Position numbers and translations under genes: made by a program. A DNA stretch of 59,646 nt, counting the filler, from Sphacelaria rigidula (lineage: Eukaryota): NCBI GenBank assembly GCA_964200075.2. It is 8 parts of 8 records of this genome, joined end to end, with 100 filler letters (N's around TTAATTAATTAA, not from the genome) between each part and the next. Parts side by side here need not be neighbours in the genome. Positions count along the whole stretch, not along the records: positions 44,812 to 52,179 come from CAXNAA020015229.1; positions 52,280 to 59,646 come from CAXNAA020015230.1; 6 more parts are not named here. One strand, given 5' to 3'. Every line of letters begins with the position of its first letter. The stretch's first letter is position 1. Shown here piece by piece: positions 46,482-59,178 of the stretch. The notes under the pieces were generated by a model. That model was not told where the DNA came from. It was given only the letters and a program-made list of their open reading frames with translations, and did no database searches.

Positions 46482-48640
46482 GACTATTTCGAAGCTTCTT
46501 CGCCCATTACCGGCTTCCGAAGGCCGAGGATCCCCCGCGTGAAGACCCCCGGAAGCCGGTACAGAATGCCTATTTACATATAATTAAGAAATCGTCACAG
46601 TGGTGTAGTCCAACAAAACGTTTGTATGGTGAAGTGTACCCATGCACCAGGGTCGTTGTAGCTTCACAAGAACCCAAAAGGGTCGTTTCATTAGGAAAAT
46701 CAATACTAAAACGAAGTAGTGAGGAACTTGTACCTGTCGAGCCCACTTTGTCGCATAAAAGCCTAAATATTCACGCCGATTCTTGGAGCTAGGCTGAAAA
46801 ATTGCATACAGATACCACGGGGCATTTCGGAAATTTCAGCGAATGTTTTTTATTTCGCCGAATGTCGCGAGTCCAAGAATATGACATGCGACTTCCCAGG
46901 ACCCTGGTGCCCCGATAACCGGCGAAAACTAAGAAACCATCAAGAAAACCCTCAGAAGTTTTGGAATGCCCATAGTATTATGTGTGCAGAGTTTTAGAGT
47001 TGAACTCCTACGATCGGCGTGAACATTTGCGGACGAGTGAATTTTGAATTTTGGGTGGAACTCGTGAACCAGCCTGTACCATGCTTTCGATCGCAGTTCG
47101 TTCTCATGGAAAAATCTAGGTCTGGGTCGTCCAAATTCGATATCTCCTTCCGGGAGTTTTTTTTCACGGAGTACTTCTTTACTTTTTATACAAGCGTTGT
47201 GTCCTCAACGGAAACAGGATGTTCCCAGGCTCGGACGAATAAATCGCGGTCCGTATGCAAATGATGATTCGCATGAGTTTCAGACTCACGATTCGTGTGA
47301 CGTTACGCGAGACGTACACATTCCCACACGTCAGTCATGCGGTGCACTGTCGAAGGTACAGTACGTTATCTCTATCCGTGAGTCATACTGCATGAATCAT
47401 CGGTACATATTTCCCACTCGCGCCTCGTGCGGCATGAATCACTTTGACATTTTTCCTGCCAGTGATTCGTACATACATTGCACTCTTTGGTCGTGTGGCA
47501 TTATTTGGAGCGTACACATTGCCGTCTGTAATTCGTGCGACACCACGCTAAACGTACAAGTTCATCATACGTGATCCACACAGGATGACTCTGTAACATG
47601 AACTGCTCTCAACATTCATGAGGATTCAACCCGTATGAACTCTGATTTGCCCGACCCGTGAAATATTCCGATTTCCGCGAAAATTCTATCCGTCTCAGTA
47701 GGGGCCACTTCAGTTCGGCCGCAGATCAGCTTTTGTTTATTCTAAACTGTACTTGATTTTCAGAGTGGATAATCTTTATAACGCTCAGTTCCAAGCGCTC
47801 GCCCAGCGTGCGCGCAGCATGCGCAGTATCGCGCGCTTTGGCTGAAGTCGGTTCCCCAGGCACCATTTTTGTCTGAAAGCAAGTACACGATGCCTATGCC
47901 CCTTCAAAGTACCTCCTTTATCCCAGAGTTGTCGGTCTGCCTCGGGTTGGGATTGGGAGAAGCGTCTGGTCTATGTCCCGTACCATTGGGCGACGCAGCT
48001 ATACATGTGGCCATGCATGTGCGAATATTCCTAGCAGTTGGAGCAGAAAAATGAAGAACCAGCAGCAGCATCAACACGGATAGCAACTGTGTCTCTCCTC
48101 CCTCAATCATTGCGAAACGCTGTCGCACGTCCAGCAGCTGAAATGTTTTCGGAGATCGTTTATACTGGGAGTAATTCGCAAGAGAAGGAAAATTGTCGAA
48201 AATCAAGAATCGGGACTAAAGTTGGACGCCGCGCTTGCTTGGGCTGCAGCTCTGTACGATAACTAAACGGCTTTCGATTACCCGAGATCAAGGCGAAAAA
48301 GCGAACACGGGGGATGTGATCTGATCCGTACCCGACGGATTTTATCCGGATGTACCACATCCGAACATATGATCCGTGCCCTCTTCCAAGCCCGCGGATG
48401 CCTCCGAATTTCAACGCGGAATCGGAGTGACGGTGAAAATTCGCCATCTGTCAGCTTAAATCATGCCCCAACACACGAACAGACTCAAGCCCGAGCGCCT
48501 GGAGACGCTAACGTTTCATATTTTCATGTTTTGTGCGACGATGCTCATACCCCACTCGCAGCACAACAAGCCTGAAGGATATCATGCATACTGTGTGAAT
48601 GTGAAATCGTACCGAACCCCGAATGATATTCGTATGTCTA

Positions 48641-49518
48641 CCGTAATATCCTCTGTGAACGCCCCCCCTTTGAGAACACCCCCCCCCAAAAAACAAATCG
48701 TTTTTTGACGCCAAAAACCTTGTTTTCACCCCGAGGCGCTATGTTTTTTTTGCAAAAAACAAAATCGCCTCTCTACCTTTGTGTTCACCCCGGGGCGTTC
48801 TTTGTTCGCCCCCCTTTTTTTTGCGCCCCCGGGGTGTTCGTTCGTTTTTCATGGCTCCCCACGGGACGTTGTTTCAATCAGCTGCCTTCGCTACTGCTGC
48901 TGCTTCAGCTGTCCTGTAGCTCCTGTCTTGTTTGTGCTACTGGTACTGCTGACTGTGCTGTTTGTCGGTCCTATTGTTGTTGTTGTTGTTGTTGTTGTTG
49001 TTTTTGTTGTTTTTGTTGTTTTTGTTATGGTTGTTGATGTTGTTCATGTCTTTGCTGGTACGAGGAGCACCCCTTTGGCCCGGTGACTCTCGTGAGGGCA
49101 AAGTTGGGCTCAGGGTACACTCGTCTGAGCGGATCTTTTTGTTTTTTGTTGGAGGGGCCGTCATCCCCATCCTCCTTCTCTTCACCACCCTGCAGACGAC
49201 GCAAGCTCCCCCAATCACAAGCCTTTTTGCGCCTCTTGAAAGCTTGCCCGTAGATAGCGTCGAGGCCCGACATCGTGGGTTCCAAAACGAGAGAGGTCCG
49301 CGTAGACGTGCTGTGGATGTTGTGCAGGTAAAAACTACAAAAGACCCGGGGTGTTCTATTTGCCCAATAGAATAGCCGGCGCCCGGGGCGAAAAAGCCCC
49401 GGGGTGTTTTTTCTTTTCTACGGAAGATCGCCCCTCTACCTTTGAGAACACCCTGGGGCGATCCTCTGACGACCGGATTTTGACGCGCCCCCCGGGGCGT
49501 TCACAGAGGATATTACGG
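48641..49518. mobile_element. Non-autonomous Tc1/mariner (pogo/Tc2-like) element
   Basis: Perfect ~26-bp TIR CCGTAATATCCTCTGTGAACGCCCCC; TA on both sides; subterminal CCCCGGGGCG repeats; internal (TTG)n tract. Confidence 0.9.
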
Positions 49519-50027
49519 TACATTATGCATCTTTGTTCCCGAATCCGTCGATCCGCCGACAGAAAAAAAAACGTCTGGACAAAACTGTGACGGATTCCCA
49601 CGAGTGTCTCGACCTCCGGATATCCTCTGGAACGTTCCGTACGCGGATTTGATCTGGATCTTGTCACCAAAAAAAAACGTAAATCCGATCCGTCGGCGAC
49701 TTTGGCCACGGGTTGCATGTATAGCGGAAACCAACAAATGCCCAGTCATCGAAAAGGATGAGCCCATTCATCGAAATAAATGCAAACGCATGCTCAACAT
49801 TCCAGCGCATGCAGCGTCTTGTGTATAGATATCTGCAGTAGTGGGAGGCGCACGCATCCATATGCAACCTGACTCGGCAATGATACAAGGTCCTTTGAAC
49901 GAGTGCTTTTGCCTCTGTCACGGGGGAGAGATGGGTTGATCGGTTGAGATCACGGACTCGTCTCCAGGAGGAGAGGTTCACAGTGCGACACGAAAAAACA
50001 ATTGAAACATCAAGTGAGATATATTAT

Positions 50028-50246
50028 TATCAAAAGAGAGTTTCGGAAAACGCTTTTTTTTGTCATTTCAGAGTGCAACTATCTCAGGATCAGAGTGCAA
50101 AATGAAAAAAAAAAATCATCGAAAAAAATTGAGGGGATACCACATCTATTTGACGGAGGGAGAAATATTGTTTCGTTCCCCTCTGATCCTGAGATATTTG
50201 CACTCTGAAATGACAGAAAAAAAACGTTTTCCAAAAATCTCTGATA
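50028..50246. mobile_element. MITE-like element with ~65-bp inverted arms
   Basis: GGAAAACG..TGTCATTTCAGAGTGCAA(C)TATCTCAGGATCAGAG pairs with CTCTGATCCTGAGATATTTGCACTCTGAAATGACA..CGTTTTCC. Confidence 0.75.
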
Positions 50247-51107
50247 GGCGTAAACGCGTAGACGCGTACTTGGGTAATTATTGTCCGGCCCGAAGTGTCG
50301 ATCTTGGCGACATCGACTGATTCTCCGGGCTTTTGCGCAGATGGTCATTGCAACCTGATTCTGCGACGAATCACACGCCATATCAAGCGCATCATGCGTG
50401 CTGGACTCATATCTTGAAATCTAAATCTAAATCGAAAGCAGCACATCTGCGGACTCCAAACATGTCGACGCCACGTGTGCGTGTGCCCCTTATCGGCGCG
50501 AATTACTCATCGTGACCCGTGAAGAGGCTGTGAACTACCAGTACCGAAGCTATCCCCTCCCTCCCCGTCCCCCCGATCTCTTATGCTACGTCGTCCCTGC
50601 ATGCAGCCATCGCCTATAGTGTTTAGTGAAAAGTTGGGCAAGGGGCACTAAACGACTATGGGCATCTCTATGACATCCTGGCTGGGGGCGCTTGCTCTCC
50701 TCTGCATGCATGCATTACTGTCCTCCGCTGAGTGCAATACCACAACGTACTTCAGTCTCAGGTGAGCACCCGCATAAAAACGCGCGCAGCATGATGCGAG
50801 CAAATGAAGGAAGATAAATAATTTTGGCAAGGTGAATTTCGGTATTTCTTGATTCCTCAAACCGGGTTGGATTCTCTGGGTTCACGTAAGAGAAAAAAAG
50901 GCAGAAGCATGCTTTCATAAGGTTAAATGTATTCGAACTGTTCGAAGAGCTTCGACCCAGTTTCTTCGCGCTGCACCTTTCTGCTCTGTTGTGTTTTTCG
51001 TTCACGTAGGTTCAACTCTCGCCCCAGTCACATACAGTAACGGCCCTATGACCATGCCTTACTCCATTGGAGTTAGCGTGGTGGTCGTTGCTGAGACTGA
51101 ACACTTC

Positions 51108-51366
51108 CAAGAGTCGGGCGAATGAATTATTCGTCTGGAAATTACTTGATTTTAGTGTAATTGATTCATACCGTACGGATCAATCCTTTGGCTTTCTTTT
51201 TAGCGCTGCAACCCAGGTGCGCGCAGCCCAGGCACGTGGAATGGCGCAAACGTTGCGAGGAGACCTTTTTGACCAGCGGTCAACTTCGTTTCTCTTTTTT
51301 GAGCAATCATGCCTGAAAAATCGTGGATTTGGTGATTCGAACCGGCGATGATTCGTCCCAACCGTG
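51108..51366 (+). mobile_element. hAT-like MITE family H, gap-free copy (259 bp)
   Basis: CAAGAGTCGGGCGAAT..GATTCGTCCCAACCGTG; flanks AACACTTC/AGCACTTT (6 of 8 match). Confidence 0.85.
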
Positions 51367-52179
51367 AGCACTTTCATATTGGTGGAAAGCTTGGCCTAAC
51401 TTTCTGACAACCTCGTTCCTCGTGAGGCGGCCGCTACTGTGTGTGCACCGTACATGACTGGGACTTATGAACCATACCCGCAGTGTACAAGGTTGACCCC
51501 TTCACACTCCGCTTCGATGTAAAATGGATAGATGTCCATGACCTGCAGCATGGTCGTCGCGATAATGCCAGACAGTTAGACCTCAACCTGACGTGATCAT
51601 TGGTGAGACCGGTTCTCATGACGATCAAGCGAACCAAAAACATTATGTAAACCTACCGCTACGGCTCTTCTGCGTCTTTTCATGCTTCTAGAAGAGCGCG
51701 AGGATCAATGCTACGGGTATGGTTGTACGTTTTGCGCAAAATCTTGTCTGCTTCAGGGACTCCAACTGAATCGAGATCCCCCTTCACAAATAAATTCATT
51801 TGGGATATCCCTAGCACATTGGAACAGTAATCCTGGCGTACTCTCACATATTTCATAAGTCGTGTTTTGGATGAGATGGAGGGCTCCTAATAATAATAAT
51901 CTTGGGAAATAAATGTGGTGGGCTTTTGACACCTCGGAATGACTGGCTCTACTCGATGAGACGGTGTCAAGACACCTTTGCGTTTCCCGATGGCTGCAGA
52001 GTTTGTCTTCGCCAATTTTGCATTTTGTCCAAGAATGGTAAAAAACGGTCAGGTAGAGAAAAAATTGCAGTATTATTGATTTTTGACTTGAACGCCCCTG
52101 GACAAAAGTGTAAGTTCGACCCCCCCCCCCCCGTAGCCTGGTCCGGCGAGAACCCGGCGTGCTCCGTCCCGGCTTTGTA

Positions 52180-52279
52180 NNNNNNNNNNNNNNNNNNNNN
52201 NNNNNNNNNNNNNNNNNNNNNNNTTAATTAATTAANNNNNNNNNNNNNNNNNNNNNNNNNNNNNNNNNNNNNNNNNNNN
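52180..52279. other. Artificial contig spacer (preceded by a family A fragment at 52135-52179)
   Basis: N44-TTAATTAATTAA-N44. Confidence 0.99.
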
Positions 52280-54041
52280 GGGGGTCCATATGAAAGTCGT
52301 TTGTCTTGAATTTAGTTCAGGGAAAGCACGGCTTTTGAGTTAAACCGCATTTTGTTTTCAACCCTATTTTCGAGAATCGGCTGTTGTTACAGGGGCTTGC
52401 TGCCAGGAAGACCCACGCGATTTAAATATATATATAGATATATGTACATGTATCATTTCACTTTTTTCACCACTTTTGCCGAGTTTCCTCAGGCGGCAAG
52501 GCATATTATCACGCACTTTTGTTTGCAGTGCACGAAGAAGGTGCAGCGGTACATCACCTTTCAGGTTTGGGTGTCATCTGATACCTGTGGCGCGTGTTCT
52601 GGCCATCGAACGTCGCCCACACTGGCTCTTTTTTGCGGGGTGTCGATCCCGAACCAAAAACGCCTCATCATAAAAAACTTCGAACAGGAACCCGAACCAC
52701 AAAAGCCTGTTCATGGCGGGATATTTCTTTGCGTTCTCGTTGATTCGGGAGTACGAAGATAGCGGTCGTGAAGCAAATGTCACGAGAACATGAAAGCAAA
52801 GCAGTTAAAAACAATTAAACATTGCCTTCGCCTTAGTCAGCAGCAAAACCAAGACGGTGCAATGAGCCGTTGGCGAGTTGAACAAGGCACACACGTGGGG
52901 AAACGTCCTCGCTGTGGGTCAGCTGTGCTCGACAAGCGCAGAGGGGTGACGAAATCCCTGTGGCCATGCAACCCGTGAGAGAGAGTTCCCTCAGAGGATT
53001 CACCTGTGTGAGGTACCGACGCAGGAATGTCCTTGTGACAGGGATGACAGAGATGTCTTCGTGACAAGGATGCATCCCTTGCACAAGTACTTCACCGAGG
53101 GGGCTTGAAAAATATACGTAAACAATGGTTGGTGCTGTGGAGATGCCACCAACCCTAACGCTAACCCGAGCACTAACATCGACCAAGGCATACCGAGAAC
53201 TCTCGGGCAAAGGGGGTGCAGTTTCGTAGCTAAAGCGTGCGTTGCGAGAACTCAAATCGACGCCTTTCGAGAGCTCAAATCGACGCCTTTGAGCCGATTT
53301 TGAACCAAAACACGTTCTGGACGACCTGGTTCTTCTGCACCGCACTCCTCACCTGCCCCAAATCATGATTTTTCTAAGACCTTTATTTGATCTGAAACCA
53401 AGTCAAATCGAGTACCAATCGTTGTTCATGTACATTTCGTTAGGTCTACCAGTGTCGCACTACAGGCGAATGCATCTATGCATGCGCAGATAGATGCATA
53501 CACTTAGACATGTTGAGGGGCTGGACGGCCGACGCGGTAGCAAACTGGCACCGGTGGTTCACCACTTTTGCCGAGTTTTCCCTGCCAGCAAGGCATTTTC
53601 CCTCACGCTGTCTTTTGCAGCACACTGAAAAGGCATACGGAGTATATTTTATACTTTCAACTTGCGTCACCCGCGGGAGGCCTGTATCAACCTCCCGAAG
53701 GGGAACCTTGTATATATATATATATATATATATACATAAATTCGACACTTTGTTTCCCCTCGGAAGGGGAAAAAACACGGCCATTTTGGGGCCGACTACT
53801 CTTTTTACAGCCGTTCGGAGGCACGGTTCAAGCACGAGCTGCAAATTTCAAACAGATTTTCTTCACCCAACAAACACCGTGGAGTTCATTAACAAAACGA
53901 AGAAAACGATCGGACATAGTCAAGGGCCCGTAAAAATTTAGGTATCTTCCCTTGTGGGACAGAGGAAAAATGAAAATAGCTGGTAACGGTGGACCTAAAA
54001 TAAAATGGACAACTGGCACCCTCGTCACCAGTTCCAGTTCA

Positions 54042-54444
54042 GACACTTTCTACGATGCCCCCCCCCCCCCCCCCCCCCAAAAACCCCCCTAAAAAGGCCC
54101 GACAAAAACACTCATGCACCCGCCGGNNNNNNNNNNGCACCAAAAAAAACACGCACGCCCGCCCCCCCCCCCCCCCCTCCACCGAGACATCTTCTTGGGC
54201 GGCCCCCCCCCCCCCCCCCAGAAAAACCAGCTTAAAGTGTCACGAAAAAAATGGTCATTCAGCGCCTGGTGTTCGGGTTCAGGCTGCATGAAGAGCCTCA
54301 TATTGGCGACATTGGCTAAAACGAGCCTAGGCGTCGGAATTCCCAGCTTCTCGTTGTCCTCGGCCTTTCCCATTTCGATTCACGTTAAGATTTGGCCTCC
54401 CGAAACCATGCACGTTTGGGGGGGGGGCTATCGTAGAAAGTGTC
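54042..54444 (+). mobile_element. MITE family G
   Basis: TIR GACACTTTCTACGAT(A)GCCCCC / GGGGGCTATCGTAGAAAGTGTC; perfect 4-bp TSD TTCA. Confidence 0.9.
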
Positions 54445-55653
54445 TTCAACTCCCACTTCCAGTATAATCGACAGGATTCACTGGTCCAGTTCACAGCCCG
54501 AGGAAAAACACAGTACTGAGTCGACGAGGTGGTACGTGAGAACAAGTAGGAGAAATTTCACGTGCGGTTGACTGGAGGCCACACGGCCGGTAGGGGTCCT
54601 CCAGTACTGGTGATTCAAATGATAAAGTTGTCCACATCGACTTTTTCGTCATACAAGTAGGCTCGTGCCATATAATGTTGGCTTCAATACTGTACAGATG
54701 CTTGCGTAGGTGGTAAGCACTGCTCCACGACCACCAATCAGCACCATTCAGTGATGATACTGCCATGCCATCTAAGTTACGGGGTGGCGGTCGAAGCGAT
54801 AGTTGAGAGGAACTCGCGGGATTGGATCGAGCGAGGGGAAGTACCTACGAGCCACAACCTGGGATGTGTACTACGAGTAGGGTCTACGACGAACGGTTAG
54901 CCCGTGATAACTCGTTGCTCCAGCGATAAACATTTATTTACATGTGTGTCTGGTGGTGTTGGTATATCGATTCAAAAATATTGAGATCAAACGTCCACCT
55001 CGTCTTAAAGAGGCGCCCGCTACTAGTAATAAAAAGGCCGCCAACGTTTTCATGCTTCGGCCGCTGTCATATGCTTTCTTATTAGCTGTCATGTTATTTA
55101 TTTTGCGGCAGTTTTCATCAGGTGCCATTTTCTTCACCGTGTTCTCTTACTGGCGAATAGAAGAGCTGGTGGTGTGGAATAGCCCGGGTCTTCGTGAAGC
55201 GTGCATGGTATACTGCTGCACGACAATTCCCCATGCGCTACCCAGCGCAGGCTATGCTTTGCTGGTATTGTTGTTCTCAGCATGAGGAAAATACTGAAAC
55301 CTGGCATAACCATGTGATGCTAAATAATACCAGCATGTCACATGTTTCCTCTTGGTTGATGTCGAAATTTGATATGTCTCTCTAATTTATACTGTAGTGG
55401 ACCACCAGTACCATATTTCGTATCGTGTCGTGGCCGGGTGAGCATGCTTCTTAGTTTACAATCGACCACTCTTTCTTTGGAGAGTCATTCCACCGAGTGG
55501 TAACATGACCTCAATATGACGACCCCCTTATTTAGCGGTTTCTCATCTCGTGACAGGTTTCGAGGTCTCTCACTGAGGTCAAACTTCGTACTTGCTCGTA
55601 GATGGAGGCATTTTTTCCTAGACCCATTATGTTCGACAGTGTTTTCCTCAGAA

Positions 55654-55843
55654 CCTGTCTTAGCACATTAGTTTTTGATCGAAATTGTGCGGTGGGAAGC
55701 AAAAATCCCGATCTGATGGGTCATGATTTCAACCATTTTCAGAATTAATTAACGATGATGATGATTGAAATTACGACCCATCAGATCGGGATTTTTGTTT
55801 TCCACCGCACAATTTCGATCTAAAACTCATGTGCTAAGACAGG
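55654..55843. repeat. Long near-perfect hairpin (~80-bp arms)
   Basis: CCTGTCTTAGCACAT..GATCGAAATTGTGCGGTGG..CAAAAATCCCGATCTGATGGGTC is mirrored with about 7 mismatches. Confidence 0.9.
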
Positions 55844-56588
55844 GCCTAAGAGGTGTCAGAAGTTTTCAGGGTTTTCGGACTCTACATTCAGACTTCTCCG
55901 ATAAAGAAGCGGCGTGATTGTTTTTCGGGAGCTTCATTTATTTTCTGGAGAAATCAGAAAAATTCGGTCTGTAACGCAGTACTTCGGGGAGCTGCCCTGT
56001 GATTACACCGTGGAAATCGCAAGCTTTCGAGAATCATCAGGTATCTTGCCAGTGCCGATAATTTCCGAGATCTCCGAAAAAACATGCGGCGATAAAAATG
56101 GGCCATAGTATAACATGTTACTTGGTACAGCGGCCGACTTCTGTTGGAAAAATCTAGACGATGTAGTCTATATTCATTATGTTTTAATGAAGTTGTTGCA
56201 ACAAGAGATAGCGGTACAATCTGTTGCGTGTCAACGAAACAACGAACCACGTAAGACCGTTTCATAACGAGAGACGATGCTGCTGTAGTGGAGAGACCCA
56301 AAACACGCGGAACAATCAATCGCTCATCACCGAACATTCTCCGTTCCTTGTTGACTACGTAGCGCTCAATGCAGACAGCAAGGCTTAGCTCTCTGCGCCG
56401 TCCTTGCGGCAGTTCACGGTGATGCAGATAGTCCGCTCTTATACTCACTCCGCCGTTGGAGTGTATTTGTCTGCACGGAGAAGACGCCGCTTCTACGACT
56501 TTAAAACATTGGCTGACGTTTTTTACACAAGGCTAGTTTGTGCAGTATTCTCAGGTCCGTCCCATGAGACATGCGGTAATGCGTGGAA

Positions 56589-56764
56589 GGACCACGTGCT
56601 TTTTGGACCGCATCGGAATGTGGACACCTTAGGATCAATGTCTTTGAAGACTGCTCGGGCCAGTCCCTGCAGGGACCACGCCCCTGGCCATAACCCTAGC
56701 CCTAACCCTAGCCCTAACCATAGGGGTGTCTGAACTCCGATGCGGTCCAAAAAGCACGCGGTCC
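56589..56764. mobile_element. MITE carrying internal telomere-like (CCCTAA/CCCTAG) repeats; second partial copy at 59436-59502
   Basis: TIR GGACCACGTGCTTTTTGGACCGCATCGGA / TCCGATGCGGTCCAAAAAGCACGCGGTCC; TAACCCTAGCCCTAACCCTAGCCCTAACC inside the right end. Confidence 0.8.
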
Positions 56765-57732
56765 ACCCACGAGTTACGATGCTTTGTGTAGCCCATTATT
56801 GAAGTTTTGAGAAACCCGAAAATGTGTGCAGCATGACATGAGTATTCTCTGGTATGAATATTCCGCTCAGTGCAGCAACATTGGGTGTTTCATTGACATT
56901 TTCGGCGCCAAGGAATAAATCTGGCGAACCGGCATCATCGCCACAAGAATAAGAGCAGACGCAAGACCCCGATGATCGATTGTCGTCGCACGCTACTCCG
57001 CCCGCGGATCCTGCAATAATATTGAATGGTGAGGATGCGCTGGGTTTATCTGCGTGAGTGAGTTCAAACGCACCCCGAGGATTATTCGCGAATCATGAAC
57101 GCAAGCAAATGAACAGCTGATGTGCCTGATGCTAATACGGGTGTAAAGGTGACCGCAGCCCATCCCGTTACCCCACCAGCCATCTCGGGCCCATGTGTGC
57201 TAGAACGAGCCGATACTCTGCATCCGCGGACCTTCGGCGCTTGCGAAAATTGCCAGGTTCCAACCCTCGAAGGGGACCATCCCTCGCGTGGCTATAGAGC
57301 AAAGAGTATGAAAAAGATATCATCAAGTGTCGGTCTCCATCAACAGTTGCAAACCCTGACCGGTACCAACGGTCATGATAATCCAGCGACGAACGCGATC
57401 GCATGTTTTCTTCGCTCTCCCCTCACCTCTTACCTTGCAAAGTGGTGGGAGCTCAAATCCAGTCCAAGTACCTTAACCAGCTACATCACCCTCATTTTTC
57501 CACGTGCGCACCTCTCCGCCTATTCGACGGAGTTCCTTGGGACGTGAGAAGTGTTGGTTCCTGATCAACCCTTGCACGACGAAACGGAGTCTGCACATAC
57601 CATCCAACCGTTTCTGCCGTGTGTACAAGAGTGCACGTTCATATTGCGGTCGTGGTGCGCCGAAGGAGGTTTCACAAGGCCACGATCGCTATCGACAGCG
57701 TGCTCAGCACTTTCGCCGGTGCTAGAAGGGCC

Positions 57733-58009
57733 ATGACTAGCATGCAGCGCTTCCGTGGCCGACGAAGAATCGTCTCGCTTACACGCGTGCTGCTTACTAC
57801 GTTGCTGATATCATTACTTGGCGGCCCATTCACTCGAAAGTCGGACGCGATTGGCTTTGGTTTCGAGTCGAGTCAAAACGACTTGAAACCGAGTTGCACA
57901 TCGACGGATGTATTAGGGCGAGAATATTGTCCCCAGTTGATCGACATATTGCCCACCCTTATGGAGAACAAGCGAACTCTTCTTCGGCTCGCGTTAGATG
58001 CGATTGCAG
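57733..58009 (+). CDS. First exon of an uncharacterised signal-anchor or secreted protein
   Basis: ATG, basic stretch RFRGRRR, then hydrophobic VLLTTLLISLLGG; CAG|GTGAGA donor in phase 1. Confidence 0.65.
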
Positions 58010-58495
58010 GTGAGATCTAGTAATACATGAATGCATTGATGGGATAAAGTTGGCTAGCACTGATTTGGGCCCAGCTACAACCCATCCCATGTTTGAAAAG
58101 TAATGCGCCAAATATTATTGGCGTATGTAGTGAATCGGATTCATTTTATTTTTCAAAGTGGTCCACCCACGCGTTTGTCAAGGTCAACGTGAAGGATACC
58201 GGGGTGTGCATTGCTGACCTAGCCATCCCAATTTGAGGTTTCTATTACTTACTTCTACAAGAACCAATAGCCCTACCCTGTGGAGCTGGGCAAGAGTCGT
58301 CATTGCAACAGGGTCGATATGTCGCGAAGTTTGGGGCACATGTGCTTTGTGAGGCGCATGTAACACCTGTCGCATGAAATAGCGTAGGATATGGAATAGA
58401 ATGGTGAGCGAAGAATTGGTCGCTATAAAGAAAAGCGCATGTTACCCGCGGTGACAGTTGTTTGTTTTCGTCAACGGTCCTACTAATCACGGCAG

Positions 58496-58631
58496 GTTCA
58501 GGTGATGGAGAGCCATTACAGCTGGTGCACGTACTGGCGAACAATACGGCTGATATCGTGTATTCACCTATCTCGGACGATCGCCTAGTGTGGAACGCGG
58601 GTCTGCCAGAAGACACGCTCTTGGTTGATCA
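58496..58631 (+). CDS. Internal exon of the same gene (GSGDGEPLQLVHVLANN...LLVD)
   Basis: TACTAAT branch-like motif plus CAG acceptor; GTAAGT donor; phases 1 then 2 fit both neighbouring exons. Confidence 0.65.
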
Positions 58632-58802
58632 GTAAGTGCCAACGGTGTGTTGAACAACCCGACAGACGAAATACCATGCAGCAGCGTTAGTATTGAACGG
58701 TGAATTTGACAGCTGTGTTGCTAAATTTGATCGTTTCCTTGTTGCCGTGTACGTACTCCTGTGAATGTCTGCGCCTGCACTCCATCGCCCACACGCTTGC
58801 AG

Positions 58803-59178
58803 GATCCAGAAAGTCTACACAGAGAAACTGCACCGTAGACGACCGGTCTTAATTCATGTCACAGGTTCAGACGTATGTTCCTTGTTGGACGCGTTGACGA
58901 CACCAAGTCAAGAGCCACCTAGCAGTGGGGATATGCCCGACAGTGCCGAGCTCCTCGTAACCTTTGACCCGATCGAGGAAAACAATACGGGACTAACGGA
59001 CGGGGAGGGTCGCCTGGCAGCGATGCCTGTGTCGCTCATGACTGCAGGATGGGATGCCGCGGGATCGCCGCTGGATATGCCCGAGCATCGTAGCTGTTCC
59101 ACTGCCCTTTTGGAGCTGCCGCAAGTTGTACAATGGTTTGTTTCGCACGAGCGCCACCACACTACCCGCGTACCTAAG
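58803..59178 (+). CDS. Further exon of the same gene (gene continues beyond the window)
   Basis: TGCAG acceptor in phase 2, open frame (ORF 58765-59214) and AAG|GTGAGC donor. Confidence 0.65.

Noticed and set aside
48040-49195. TIPIN/Swi3-like two-exon gene (..RVTGPKG / LLDVRQRF..)
   Set aside because: The donor is weak, the phases are incompatible, and the first part lies within a Tc1-like element.
54056-54225. Pro-rich ORFs and odd sequence next to long C/G runs (also 1-100, 7260-7369, 14799-14838, 29876-29950, 37344-37445)
   Set aside because: Likely low-quality base calls after homopolymers at contig or gap edges.
56691-56719. True telomere
   Set aside because: Only a few degenerate units, internal to a TIR element.
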